Assembly: GCA_902384455.1 (NCBI GenBank)
Contig: CABMCB010000069.1
Coordinates: 1 to 41,843, forward strand
Source: an uncultured archaeon
GTDB lineage: Archaea; Altiarchaeota; Altiarchaeia; IMC4; SCGC-AAA252-I15
Length of the DNA: 41,843 bases
Direction of reading: 5' to 3'
The position numbers and the translations under genes were made by a program. Numbering within the stretch: position 1 is the stretch's first letter; each line of letters opens with the position of its first letter. The notes under the pieces are model-generated. The model was not told the DNA's origin. It made no database searches and saw nothing but the letters and a program-made list of their open reading frames with translations. This document shows positions 7,922-17,019 of the stretch, in pieces.

Positions 7922-8714
7922 ATTTGTCCGTTCCGGAGACTTCGGCGACCGGGAGTCCGACTACGACCTTGATACTCTCTTTCCATTTTATCTTATTCAC
8001 ATTCTTGAGAGCGTTGTAGAGCACTATGATTTTGTCGTTGGTCTGCGAGCGCTCAACGAGATAATAATACTCCCAGTCCTTCGGCGTGTAGTTCCTCGTG
8101 TCGATGCGCTCCCACATACGATTCATCTTCCCGAGCCAGATAGCGTCGGTGATGTAAGGAGCAATCTTGACAATGACCGAGTAAGGGTCCTCGTCCAGAA
8201 GAGGCTCCATCGAGACCGAAGTCTGATATCCGTGAGTGAATGCGTGTTCCAGACACTTCAGACGCTCATCGAAATCTGGGGCACCCGGCTCCCAGAACTT
8301 GAGCACATCATTCCGAGCAGACCCGATAGTGAACCTGAACAAAATCTGGTCCTTGTAGTTCACAAGTTCTTTGCACAGCGTCTCGATACAGGAGATGTGC
8401 GGCTTCGAGACTATCAGGACCCTGTTGCCAGCAGATAAAATCTTCTTGAGGTAAGGCACGACCTCGAGTATATTCTTCGGCGTTATATCGTGAGACGTAG
8501 GGAACATGATAACTTGGTCCTTCCTCGTCGGATACGACTTCTTGCCCAACTTGTTGTGATTGAACACCGGACAGGTCCACTCAGTCCTGTTCTTCACTTG
8601 CCCATACTTGAGAGCGTTGGCTCGTGCGTAGCAATAGGCACAGTCGTGTTCGCATCCCGTCTGGATGTTCTCTGAAATGTCACTCCATTCCTTCGTCCCC
8701 GATACCATCTTCAT
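7920..8714 (-). CDS. Radical SAM protein (SPL/DUF5131-like)
   Basis: GCEHDCAYCYA CxxxCxxC motif; SMEPLL; ends ..KWKESIK. Confidence 0.88.
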   Translation of the reverse strand: MKMVSGTKEWSDISENIQTGCEHDCAYCYARANALKYGQVKNRTEWTCPVFNHNKLGKKSYPTRKDQVIMFPTSHDITPKNILEVVPYLKKILSAGNRVLIVSKPHISCIETLCKELVNYKDQILFRFTIGSARNDVLKFWEPGAPDFDERLKCLEHAFTHGYQTSVSMEPLLDEDPYSVIVKIAPYITDAIWLGKMNRMWERIDTRNYTPKDWEYYYLVERSQTNDKIIVLYNALKNVNKIKWKESIKVVVGLPVAEVSGTDK

Positions 8715-8717
8715 CCC

Positions 8718-8963
8718 TCATTCGAATTTTTTTGGCGCCGGTTCTATGTCCCAATCATCGGCGTCAGTGATTGTTCTCTTCAGATTAGCACGTGCCGTTT
8801 CCACCGTCTCGCTGAATAGTAGGACAGGGTGGTTCTCGTACCACTGGGTCTTTTCTTCGGGTGTTGTCCCTGGGGGCCATGCGAGGAACGCATTCGACGC
8901 CGTCCACGATTTCTCCGAAGACTCGCACTGCTTTTTTTGACAATTCGAACGCTTTCGCGACAT
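8718..8963 (-). CDS. Possible small protein overlapping the 3' end of the upstream ORF
   Basis: Fills the gap to the radical SAM gene but overlaps 8785-8963 in another frame. Confidence 0.4.
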   Translation of the reverse strand: MSRKRSNCQKKQCESSEKSWTASNAFLAWPPGTTPEEKTQWYENHPVLLFSETVETARANLKRTITDADDWDIEPAPKKFE

Positions 8964-9297
8964 TATTCAATTCCCCCATCGAATAGACTACCGGTATCAA
9001 TAATTCTTTCGCCCGTGTTATCTCGGCCAGTGTTCCCTTACTGTTCTCGAAACCGGGAAGGACCAATACTATATCAGCGACTTCGAGCCATGCCATCGAG
9101 TAGGCGTAGAAGTCTGGCACGGTCAACTTCTCGCCCTCCTGAAGCATGAAGACGAAATGATGGTCAAACCACGGCACGAAGGGCGCGTGTCCGGCCAGCA
9201 GGACCTCGACCCCGGCCCTCATACCCTTCCGGATGTTGTCGAGCACTCCGAGCACATTGTCCGCGCTGTAGGCGCCAGCGATGTAGACCCGCATCAT
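8785..9297 (-). CDS. Nucleoside 2-deoxyribosyltransferase-like protein (DUF4406/DUF1937 type)
   Basis: RVYIAGAYS ... WLEVAD.VLVLPG.ENSKGT.AE...A....IPV; TGATG coupling at 9297. Confidence 0.8.
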   Translation of the reverse strand: MMRVYIAGAYSADNVLGVLDNIRKGMRAGVEVLLAGHAPFVPWFDHHFVFMLQEGEKLTVPDFYAYSMAWLEVADIVLVLPGFENSKGTLAEITRAKELLIPVVYSMGELNNVAKAFELSKKAVRVFGEIVDGVECVPRMAPRDNTRRKDPVVREPPCPTIQRDGGNGTC

Positions 9298-9983
9298 CAG
9301 AACCAATCCTCCGGGACATGCCGAATGACCGGTCGCTCTGACTTCTGGTAGGTGTCGAACGCCTGCCAGAAGAGGTCCGCGGCCCGACCCTCACCCCAGG
9401 CATCGAGCACTTCGACCTTGAGTCCTATCACCGGGTTCATGGCGATGATGACGCATATGGGTTCGTCCCCCCGGAACTTCGGGTCGGACATGAGTGCCCG
9501 TTTGTACGCCACGACCTGAGCGCGGTGATTGTCGAAAATGCCCTTAGAGGTCTTGAAATCTACGACCGCACGTTTACCATCGAAGAGGCCGAGCCAGTCC
9601 ATAGACCCCGCATATAGCAGTTTTCTATGGTAGCATTCTATTTCCAGGGCCTCCGGAGCCATTTTCCTTGCGGCCATGAGCGAATCGAAGAGTTTCATGC
9701 AGTCTTCGACCTTCCGGACGATTTCGGGCGTCAGGCCGCCTTCTAATTCAAGATTCGGTGCCGGGAGACCGTTTGTCTGAGCGAAGTGACAGGCTATCCG
9801 GTAATGAACGAGCGTTCCTGCGGTCGCCGAGTCGTTCAAGACCTTCTCCCAGTTCTCGGTAGTTTGCTTCCATCGAACCAGGCGCGGCTCTTCCGGGATA
9901 TAGTGGTGCAAGAGGGTCGTCACCGAGATGCAATCGTGACCGTCCATCCTGTAGTAACGCTTGCCGTCCTTCATGAATCTCAT
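9297..9983 (-). CDS. PD-(D/E)XK exonuclease (Cas4/lambda-exo-like)
   Basis: SVTTLL, GTLVH, E..YAGSMD, VVDFKTS, QxxAY motifs; start 9983 overlaps the helicase stop. Confidence 0.88.
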   Translation of the reverse strand: MRFMKDGKRYYRMDGHDCISVTTLLHHYIPEEPRLVRWKQTTENWEKVLNDSATAGTLVHYRIACHFAQTNGLPAPNLELEGGLTPEIVRKVEDCMKLFDSLMAARKMAPEALEIECYHRKLLYAGSMDWLGLFDGKRAVVDFKTSKGIFDNHRAQVVAYKRALMSDPKFRGDEPICVIIAMNPVIGLKVEVLDAWGEGRAADLFWQAFDTYQKSERPVIRHVPEDWF

Positions 9984-11533
9984 TCGGCTTCCTCCTTTAG
10001 CGCTCCATATACGGTCTTCAGATGACCGCTCTTGTCTTTGAGGTTTACCCAGTTTGTAGCGACTCCTACAACTTCCCAGTGGTCCGCCCCACATATGGAA
10101 CACACCAGCGGTTCGTTCTCGGCCTTGACGACCGATAACTTGGCGCCTTCTTTTTTAACCACCGTGATATTGGCGTTGTGAGGTGTCTGGGTAACCGTGA
10201 ACGCCTTCTCGGTCTTGTAGACCCACAACCGTTCCCCGGAGTGCTTCATGAGGTGCTTCGCGCCATCCATGAAGTCGATAATCTCGACCGCCTTCTTGTC
10301 TGCGGATATTCGTAGGACTCGGCCTATCAACTGTCGCACAAAGACCTCTGATAGACCGCCACAGGCCATGACCAGAACATCCATTCCTGGTACGTCCACA
10401 CCTTCGCCCAGGAGGTCGCTGATTAGACACCCGCCTTCGCTCTGAAATACGCTTATGGCCTTCGTCCTGACCTTCAGGTTCGTCGTGCCAGATATCCAGA
10501 CCGACTTCGGGATGCTCTTATGTAAGAGTTCGCCATGTCGCAGAATTTTAACGTGGACGTACACGCTTTTCTTTTCGGCCAGCGCGATGTTCACCGCGTC
10601 GATTATTTTCTTATTTCTCACTTCGTTGTCCACTATGTAATCTCGATAGATGTCGGCGTATTTTGCCTTCCTGGCATAGGTCCTGGGCGGAACCTGTAAC
10701 ATCCGAACCGTCGGACGGGCAAGATATCCCTGGTCAATCATGTCCGTGAGTGATATTTTTATAATGTGTTCTCCGAGCGCTCCTGTGATTTTCATGTCAT
10801 GACCGTCGGCCCTGTAAGGAGTCGCCGACAACCCGAAGAGATACTTGCTTCTCGAGTTCATCGCTATGTCGTAGACCAAGTCTGCGGCCACATGATGACA
10901 TTCGTCGATGACTGTGCACCCGAAGTTCTCGAACAACTCCTTCGGCAACTTCGAGACCGTCTGTACCATAGCGACCGTGAGCGGCTTGATGTCCACAACC
11001 CCGTTGCCGACCGTTCCTACTTCGTCCGGCTTGATTCCATAGATGTCACATAGCGACGCTTTCCATTGCTCCATGAGGTCGAGTTTGTGAACGAATATCA
11101 CCGCCGATGTTCCTATCTTCCGTATTATGTCAGCAGATACCAGGGTCTTACCCGTCCCCGTTGGCAGACAGATTATACCCCGCTCCTGTTTGAGCGCTCG
11201 GGTCGAGGTGTCCTTCTGATACGGTCGAAGCGATTTTGACATGCCGGTCTTGTTGTGTATAGCACTGCGTTCGCACACGAACACCGACCGGTCCTCGACC
11301 TTGTATGGTTGCTCGATGACCTCGAGTAAGGTCAAGACCTCGGTCAACATGCCACGAGGGAATGAATGTGAGTAGCGACGATAAAGATGAACAAAACCGT
11401 CCCATTTACCTTCTTTATAGTCTTCACTGTGCTCGAACCCCTTGGGTCGATACATCATGACGGGTTCTATCTGCGATTCGACGATGGCGACCTCTCGGTT
11501 GTCTCCCTTGAGGAAGACCTCGTTGCCCCTCAT
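9980..11533 (-). CDS. SF2 DExH helicase (XPB/UvsW-like) with a C-terminal CxxC element
   Basis: LRPYQ, PTGTGKT, DECHH, GLSATP, EGVDVP, QLIGRVLR. Confidence 0.93.
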   Translation of the reverse strand: MRGNEVFLKGDNREVAIVESQIEPVMMYRPKGFEHSEDYKEGKWDGFVHLYRRYSHSFPRGMLTEVLTLLEVIEQPYKVEDRSVFVCERSAIHNKTGMSKSLRPYQKDTSTRALKQERGIICLPTGTGKTLVSADIIRKIGTSAVIFVHKLDLMEQWKASLCDIYGIKPDEVGTVGNGVVDIKPLTVAMVQTVSKLPKELFENFGCTVIDECHHVAADLVYDIAMNSRSKYLFGLSATPYRADGHDMKITGALGEHIIKISLTDMIDQGYLARPTVRMLQVPPRTYARKAKYADIYRDYIVDNEVRNKKIIDAVNIALAEKKSVYVHVKILRHGELLHKSIPKSVWISGTTNLKVRTKAISVFQSEGGCLISDLLGEGVDVPGMDVLVMACGGLSEVFVRQLIGRVLRISADKKAVEIIDFMDGAKHLMKHSGERLWVYKTEKAFTVTQTPHNANITVVKKEGAKLSVVKAENEPLVCSICGADHWEVVGVATNWVNLKDKSGHLKTVYGALKEEAE

Positions 11534-11544
11534 CTCGAGTATTA

Positions 11545-11703
11545 TCAGGTCGGAAACCCTCCTATCGAAAATTCCGCAAGGACCAAAGCGTCACCCACCG
11601 TGAAACAGTTTAAGAAGTTGAACGCGAATATGACAATATCATTAGCATAAGCATCCTCTTGAAGTGTGATTATTGCATATCGGGCCTCATCCGCATCGTT
11701 CAT
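11545..11703 (-). CDS. Small hypothetical protein (52 aa)
   Basis: ATG 11703 overlaps the upstream stop; fills the gap. Confidence 0.5.
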   Translation of the reverse strand: MNDADEARYAIITLQEDAYANDIVIFAFNFLNCFTVGDALVLAEFSIGGFPT

Positions 11704-12269
11704 TGGAATCTCACCTTCGGTCCCTTGGCCGCCATGCACTTCGTGATGAACTCCGCGACCAGTTTCTTCGGGAGCAGGTTTTGAAGCGCGTTTCGTTGGG
11801 CCTTGCTTAGGGCCTTGCTCAAGGCGAAGGGGTCTTCGATTTCGCCGTCCCGCGTCTTCATGCGCTTCGGGACTTCTGCGGCCCCGTATAGCGCGATGTT
11901 GCGGGTTAGGTCCCTTGCCCGACACACGACCCTGAAGGCGTCTGCGGTCTCAACGATATGAGGGTCTTCGATGGCATAGTTTCCCGCCTCGACAATCAGT
12001 GTCTTCGTCCCCACCCACGACAGACCCGTGATGCGCTTACCACCGCTCGGAAACGAGTAAACCATCGTATCGAGCACGTCGTCGGGCAAGCCGTTCAACT
12101 CGGCCAGTATTTGCTCCTCGTCGGCTCGGTCCATCATTTGATACGGTGTCTGCTCGGGTATCGTTCTGATGACCATTTCGTTTTTGGACGACTCCGACTT
12201 CTTTGTGACCCGCTCATCCTCTTCGGCGAGCAAGCGCTCTACGTCATCATCGCCGTCCTTGTCCCCCAA
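11700..12269 (-). CDS. Putative ssDNA-annealing protein (Rad52/Red-beta-like)
   Basis: GLSWVG, beta-rich core, FALSKALSKAQRNAL helix; lies near the exonuclease and helicase. Confidence 0.5.
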   Translation of the reverse strand: MGDKDGDDDVERLLAEEDERVTKKSESSKNEMVIRTIPEQTPYQMMDRADEEQILAELNGLPDDVLDTMVYSFPSGGKRITGLSWVGTKTLIVEAGNYAIEDPHIVETADAFRVVCRARDLTRNIALYGAAEVPKRMKTRDGEIEDPFALSKALSKAQRNALQNLLPKKLVAEFITKCMAAKGPKVRFQ

Positions 12270-12288
12270 ATTATACCCCCCTTTTTAT

Positions 12289-13605
12289 CTACTGCGGTCC
12301 CTGTGGGGATTGCGCTGGTGGTGCTGTTGGAGCGGGAGTTGCCGCCTTCTGCAACTTCTTGATGTTGGCGTCCACTGAGGCGTCGCTCGGGCCTGTCCCG
12401 TCGCCCCATGTCCAGATGTCCTTGTTGAGTTCGCGAGCGTTCTGGACCGTGACCTTGTCGATGCCTCCGACCGCCCCGGCGGCCTTCTCGACACCCTGCT
12501 TGATGAGTCTGGCCCTCTCTTGAACGCTCAACTTGACCACCGCTGGTGCACCCGCTGGTGCGACCGGCGCGGGAGTCGGTGCTGGTGTTGGCGGCGGTGT
12601 CGCTGGTTGTGCGACCGTCGTTGACGCTGGTGCGACCGTTGCCGGTGCAAGGGTCACGGGCTTTTGCGCTGGCGCGGGTCCGCCTTTGGCGGCCACCTGA
12701 ACGGCCTTCTCGAGTGTTGGTTGATATGCCGGTTCTGGAAGTTGCCAGATTGCTGTAGCGATGATGGTCACGAAGTTGCGACCATCCCTGGACCTCGACT
12801 GCTCCCACTTGCTCATGTAGCCGACCACGAGCACCGCGGCACCCGCGATGTTCATGGCGACCTGTTCGAGGCTCCCGAGGTTGACCCCAGTGATGAGGTC
12901 CGGGAACTCCAGTATAGGCTCCGATATCTTGCGTGGTGTGAGCCTGACCGTGACCATGTTCGCCTTTCCCGCCAGAAGCGAGAACTGAAAGACCGGTTGC
13001 TTGTTGACGACGACCGGGAAGTCGCCTGCGACCTTGCCGTCCTCCCAGAAACTCTCAGGGCGGAAGTTCTCACCGATGATGCCTTTTATGATGACTGGCG
13101 TCTTCAGGTCTTCGACCACGAGGTCGTCGATTGTCTTCGCCTTGGCGAGAACGGCTTCGAGTGTGATTGCCTCCTTGCCGACCACGACCTCACGGACGTT
13201 GCGATTGACGTATTTGGTCTGGCCGTCCTTGCTCGTGCCCTCGGACTCCTCGTAGCGTATCTCCGACCTATAGCCGTGCTTGCCGTTATATGAGCCTTTG
13301 ACGTCGACCTCGGTCAACTTCCCATCCGCCGACATGACGGTGACGAACTGCTTCCAGGACGAGTTTATGTCGTCCCCGGAGTATTCACGCCCGCCAAGCA
13401 CATAGCCGATGATGGTCTTCATCTCGGTCGGCCTTCCGACGCCGTTCCTGGCGTTGCGAATGCGCCTCATAGAGGTCATTTCGCTCCACGACCTACCCTT
13501 AGACGGGTCTGGCGCGTTGTCTCCGTATTCTTTTTCGGAGACCCCTTTCAAACCGTTCTTCTCGCACATATCCTTGAACTGTTGGTAATCCATCTTATCC
13601 ACCAT
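12289..13605 (-). CDS. Putative OB-fold ssDNA-binding protein with Pro/Ala-rich linker
   Basis: Beta-rich segments (VLVVGYMSKW...FVTIIATAIW) and replication context; fold inferred only. Confidence 0.45.
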   Translation of the reverse strand: MVDKMDYQQFKDMCEKNGLKGVSEKEYGDNAPDPSKGRSWSEMTSMRRIRNARNGVGRPTEMKTIIGYVLGGREYSGDDINSSWKQFVTVMSADGKLTEVDVKGSYNGKHGYRSEIRYEESEGTSKDGQTKYVNRNVREVVVGKEAITLEAVLAKAKTIDDLVVEDLKTPVIIKGIIGENFRPESFWEDGKVAGDFPVVVNKQPVFQFSLLAGKANMVTVRLTPRKISEPILEFPDLITGVNLGSLEQVAMNIAGAAVLVVGYMSKWEQSRSRDGRNFVTIIATAIWQLPEPAYQPTLEKAVQVAAKGGPAPAQKPVTLAPATVAPASTTVAQPATPPPTPAPTPAPVAPAGAPAVVKLSVQERARLIKQGVEKAAGAVGGIDKVTVQNARELNKDIWTWGDGTGPSDASVDANIKKLQKAATPAPTAPPAQSPQGPQ

Positions 13606-13608
13606 CCA

Positions 13609-14316
13609 TCATTCGTGAGGCACGTTCATCTTTATCAGTTTGGTGCACCTTATACTGAAGGCGCTCTTGCTGTTGGAATTTTCTATTTTTATTCCTTCGC
13701 CGTCGGCGGGGGTCCTCACGCGAAGCATTATCAGGTCACCGGGCCTCGCTCTTATCTCACGCTCCGCGTTGTATGTGAGCGGATGTCCCCATGTCCTGTA
13801 AGTCCCGGATTCGTTGATTTCCTCAAGCGTTCCTGTCCATATCGTGCCCCTCAACTTGGATTCTTTTTTGTTCCACACTTCGAGGGTCGCTTCTACACCA
13901 TGTCCGTTCGTGGCTTTTCCTTCAAGGTCTGTGAATAATTTTCCTATCATGAAGTGCTCGGCGTTGAACGGCACAAACTGATATTCCAGTCCCTTTAGAA
14001 CACGACATTTAAACACGGTCGTCGTTGTTCCTGGAACACTATCCATGACGGTAACGGCCTTGTTGTCGGATTTTGATGTTATGACGCTCATGAACTTTCT
14101 ATACGTCACCTTTGTTATCCGGTCTACGTAATGATTGCCCACTTCACGACCCGATATCGTGTGATATCGTCCCATGTGCTCAGCGGTCGTGTTGACATAC
14201 TCGCGTATCATGTCAAATATCCTGAACCTTATGGTCCAGACCATGACGGCTATCAGTATCAGCACGACGAAGTTCATCAACAACATCAGCGTTGTTATAG
14301 CGTCCATGTTTTTCAT
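13609..14316 (-). CDS. N-terminally membrane-anchored paralog of the putative major capsid protein
   Basis: Hydrophobic helix at aa ~6-29; C-terminal domain aligns with 36315-36935 (32/58 identical in the core). Confidence 0.85.
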   Translation of the reverse strand: MKNMDAITTLMLLMNFVVLILIAVMVWTIRFRIFDMIREYVNTTAEHMGRYHTISGREVGNHYVDRITKVTYRKFMSVITSKSDNKAVTVMDSVPGTTTTVFKCRVLKGLEYQFVPFNAEHFMIGKLFTDLEGKATNGHGVEATLEVWNKKESKLRGTIWTGTLEEINESGTYRTWGHPLTYNAEREIRARPGDLIMLRVRTPADGEGIKIENSNSKSAFSIRCTKLIKMNVPHE

Positions 14317-14340
14317 CCCCGTGATTCGTGAGTTGTCAAT

Positions 14341-14670
14341 CTATTGTGTTCTCTTAGGGAACTTTTGTGCGGCAAGGGCCGTAGCCTGGTAGGCTCTCTG
14401 TTCCTCATCTTCGTCGAGTATGGCCTCTGGAAGTTCTCCGGCCTCGTCGTTGTCGTTATCGACGAGTGTTGCGAAGACACAGGTCTGTCGCATCTCGGTT
14501 ATCCGACAAACGACCGTGTTCCCGGCCTTCAATTTGTCAGATTCCTTCACGGTCTTCAGGAAGACGACGCAGGAGTAATAGCGTCCAAACCAATCTCCCT
14601 TCGCGCCCTTGCTTTCGAGCCTCAGTTCAATCTTGTCCCCGACTTCCATGTTGAAATGTTTACCCGTCAA
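14341..14670 (-). CDS. Stand-alone TRAM-domain RNA-binding protein with acidic tail
   Basis: VGDKIELRLESKGAKGD..G....VVF....KAGNTVVCRITE......FATLV. Confidence 0.8.
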   Translation of the reverse strand: MTGKHFNMEVGDKIELRLESKGAKGDWFGRYYSCVVFLKTVKESDKLKAGNTVVCRITEMRQTCVFATLVDNDNDEAGELPEAILDEDEEQRAYQATALAAQKFPKRTQ

Positions 14671-14840
14671 TCAGACCCCTCCAATAGAACCTTCATTTTG
14701 ACAAGAACGGTCTGACCGGGATTCAACTTCATGTGTCTCGCCATCCTTCGCGGGATGGTGATTTCGAGCGACTTGTTCACCTTGGAGCCGTTCGTGCGAA
14801 CGACCGCGGTGAACTCCCCAACCGACCCCTCTTGTCCCAT
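14667..14840 (-). CDS. AbrB/SpoVT-like DNA-binding protein (57 aa), not in the ORF track
   Basis: Translated by hand: ...KSLEITIPRRMARHMKLNPGQTVLVKM; stop overlaps the TRAM start. Confidence 0.82.
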   Translation of the reverse strand: MGQEGSVGEFTAVVRTNGSKVNKSLEITIPRRMARHMKLNPGQTVLVKMKVLLEGSD

Positions 14841-14867
14841 TGTCTACCCCTATGCACATTTAATCAT

Positions 14868-16487
14868 TTAATACTTTCGGTCGATTTTCTTGGCACGGTC
14901 CCAGGATGCCAGGAACCACGATGGAATCTCCGACCTGTGACGGCGCACAAGTTCTATGATGCTATCATCGATTATGTAGGTCCTTCCCCAATCCTCTTCC
15001 GACCTTATGATTCGCCCGGACGCCTGGATTATTCTCGTGAGCGCTTGGTCGGTGTACCACCGGTTTCCATCCCGGTAGGACTTTCGGACCTTCACGTAGA
15101 CGTCGCTGAGGTCTGCGTAGGGCGCTTTCCATAGGACGCTGAAACGCGCCAGGTCATCTCTGAGGTCTATACCCTCTTCCATCGCCACGGCCACGAGCAC
15201 CGAGTCTTCGCGCCCGTCTTCGAGCCACTGGTGATAGGCCCTCATCCGGTCCCTGCTCTCGTGGAACACGAGACGATATTCCATGTCGGGCGTCATGTGT
15301 GTGCGAATGTATTCCGCGTGATTGTAGCCAGGAACATGAACGATGCCCCGGAGACCGTCTTCCATCTCGAGTATGACATCCAGCATCTTGATGGCCTCGG
15401 GCCGGACCCGCTCGATGTTCTCGTAGTTCATGCGCCCAACGCCCGCGAAGAAGACCTGATGATTTTCCGGAGGGAAGGTTGATGGCACCTCAATCTTTGT
15501 CCACTGGCGATACTTCAGGCCGATGCTTCCCACGAACAACTCCGGGTCGAGTAGAGTCGCCGATGATATTATGATTTTATCGGCCAGTTCGAACAGGTGG
15601 TGCCCGAAGCGCTCTACCGTCACTGGCTTCAATTCCAGTGTGTTGCAGTCCTTACCCCAGACGTCCTTTTCCTTTCGGAAATAATGGACCCAAAGGTTCT
15701 CCCGTTCTATATCGATTAGCATGTGGTCGATTTTCTGGATGACCGTTTGATAGTAGGTCAGTTTTTTAACCTCGTCGAACGACAGTTCGTTGGACTCGGC
15801 TTTCTCAGCGATGTGATGCAGGTCCTTTCGTGCAACATCCTGCGCGGCCACGACCATGTCGACTGCATCCTCGAAGGTCTCTGGCTCCTTTTTGACATAC
15901 TCGACATCGAAACTGACTGCGTTCCGTAGCCAATCCTCGATGTTGTGTCCCTCGTCTATCACGAGGAGTTCACGCTTTTTCCATTCCGCCTCGTCGCAAT
16001 CTCCGGTGTGGATAGACAACGAGTATGCCGTGGTCGTGAGACAGGTCTGCGCCGCCTGTGCCTGAGACTTCGCTATCTTGTAAGGGCACTCCTGTTTGCA
16101 GGCGTATTTCGTGCTCCTTTGGCAACGACCGTTCGCACAACTTATGTTCCTGTCACACCGTGTGTTAGGCTCACACGAGTAGACTTTTATACACGATGCA
16201 CAATCGTCCAAACAGCGATAGTTGGCACGACCCCGGACGACGCTGAATTTTCCCTTCAGGTGCTTATCGTTGATAATCTGATTAATGAGCAAATGACTCG
16301 GCGTTGTGTAAAAGGCGCTGTCGGCGGCAAGACATAAAGCGAAGTACATCATGGTTTTGCCTGCGCCGGTTGGAGCCTGGGCCAGTATGACCTCATTCCC
16401 GTCATCGAATAGTTTCTCGACGAGTTCTATGGTCTCCTGCTGAAATGGTCGAAACGACGGTGCCGGGAACTTGTCGAGCGCGTTCAT
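14868..16487 (-). CDS. DinG/XPD-family Fe-S SF2 helicase
   Basis: FRPFQ, APTGAGKT, GRANYRC..CPY Cys cluster, DEGHN, SATL, EGID, QASGRIIRS..D.G; start 16487. Confidence 0.92.
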   Translation of the reverse strand: MNALDKFPAPSFRPFQQETIELVEKLFDDGNEVILAQAPTGAGKTMMYFALCLAADSAFYTTPSHLLINQIINDKHLKGKFSVVRGRANYRCLDDCASCIKVYSCEPNTRCDRNISCANGRCQRSTKYACKQECPYKIAKSQAQAAQTCLTTTAYSLSIHTGDCDEAEWKKRELLVIDEGHNIEDWLRNAVSFDVEYVKKEPETFEDAVDMVVAAQDVARKDLHHIAEKAESNELSFDEVKKLTYYQTVIQKIDHMLIDIERENLWVHYFRKEKDVWGKDCNTLELKPVTVERFGHHLFELADKIIISSATLLDPELFVGSIGLKYRQWTKIEVPSTFPPENHQVFFAGVGRMNYENIERVRPEAIKMLDVILEMEDGLRGIVHVPGYNHAEYIRTHMTPDMEYRLVFHESRDRMRAYHQWLEDGREDSVLVAVAMEEGIDLRDDLARFSVLWKAPYADLSDVYVKVRKSYRDGNRWYTDQALTRIIQASGRIIRSEEDWGRTYIIDDSIIELVRRHRSEIPSWFLASWDRAKKIDRKY

Positions 16488-16885
16488 TCTGTGTATCCTA
16501 TCGCGTCTTCGATGTAGACGTGCATTCCTCTGTTCTTGAGTCGCTCTATCAGGATGCCGACCCACACATTGAACACTGGCCCGTGTGGCCGGTAATATCG
16601 GTCCATAGCCCTGGAACATCGAAAGACCATGTGATGAGCGAGTTCGTGGACCATTACCCCGAGAACATCGCGCCGGGTTTTAAGCCTCTTGTGCTTCAGG
16701 TATATTGTTATGACGGTGTCCTTCGCTTTCGCTTCGAGGGTGCACCGGCCCCTGACCCTTCCCTGGAATCGCTTCGATGGTCCGCTCACATCGTAGAATA
16801 TCACGAAGTCGCCGCTCTCTTTCGAGACAATGTCGTGCGCGATTTTATCCAGTCGTCGCGCTGATATCGGGAGATTCTTAATCAT
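16484..16885 (-). CDS. SprT/WLM-like zinc metalloprotease
   Basis: GRC, MVHELAH, HGPVF motifs. Confidence 0.8.
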   Translation of the reverse strand: MIKNLPISARRLDKIAHDIVSKESGDFVIFYDVSGPSKRFQGRVRGRCTLEAKAKDTVITIYLKHKRLKTRRDVLGVMVHELAHHMVFRCSRAMDRYYRPHGPVFNVWVGILIERLKNRGMHVYIEDAIGYTE

Positions 16886-17019
16886 TAAAATCCCTCGAAG
16901 TCACAACTGTTGCATTTGTAGGTGTACGTGCCGTCTGGTTGTCGCGCCAGGATAGAGACGTCCCTGCTGAAGCACTCTGGACATTCTACAACGTCTTTCT
17001 CATCATCGCTCATGTTCAT
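16885..17019 (-). CDS. Small Zn-ribbon protein (44 aa), not in the ORF track
   Basis: MNMSDDEKDVVECPECFS...YKCNSCDFEGF; translationally coupled at both ends. Confidence 0.75.
   Translation of the reverse strand: MNMSDDEKDVVECPECFSRDVSILARQPDGTYTYKCNSCDFEGF

Noticed and set aside
9297-9983. CRISPR-associated Cas4 / CRISPR-Cas locus
   Set aside because: No array or other cas genes and no four-Cys Fe-S pattern; better read as a viral recombination exonuclease
14671-14859. 62-aa ORF from the track (MCIGVDNG...)
   Set aside because: A different frame (14667-14840) gives a clear AbrB-like protein with an RBS and stop-start coupling
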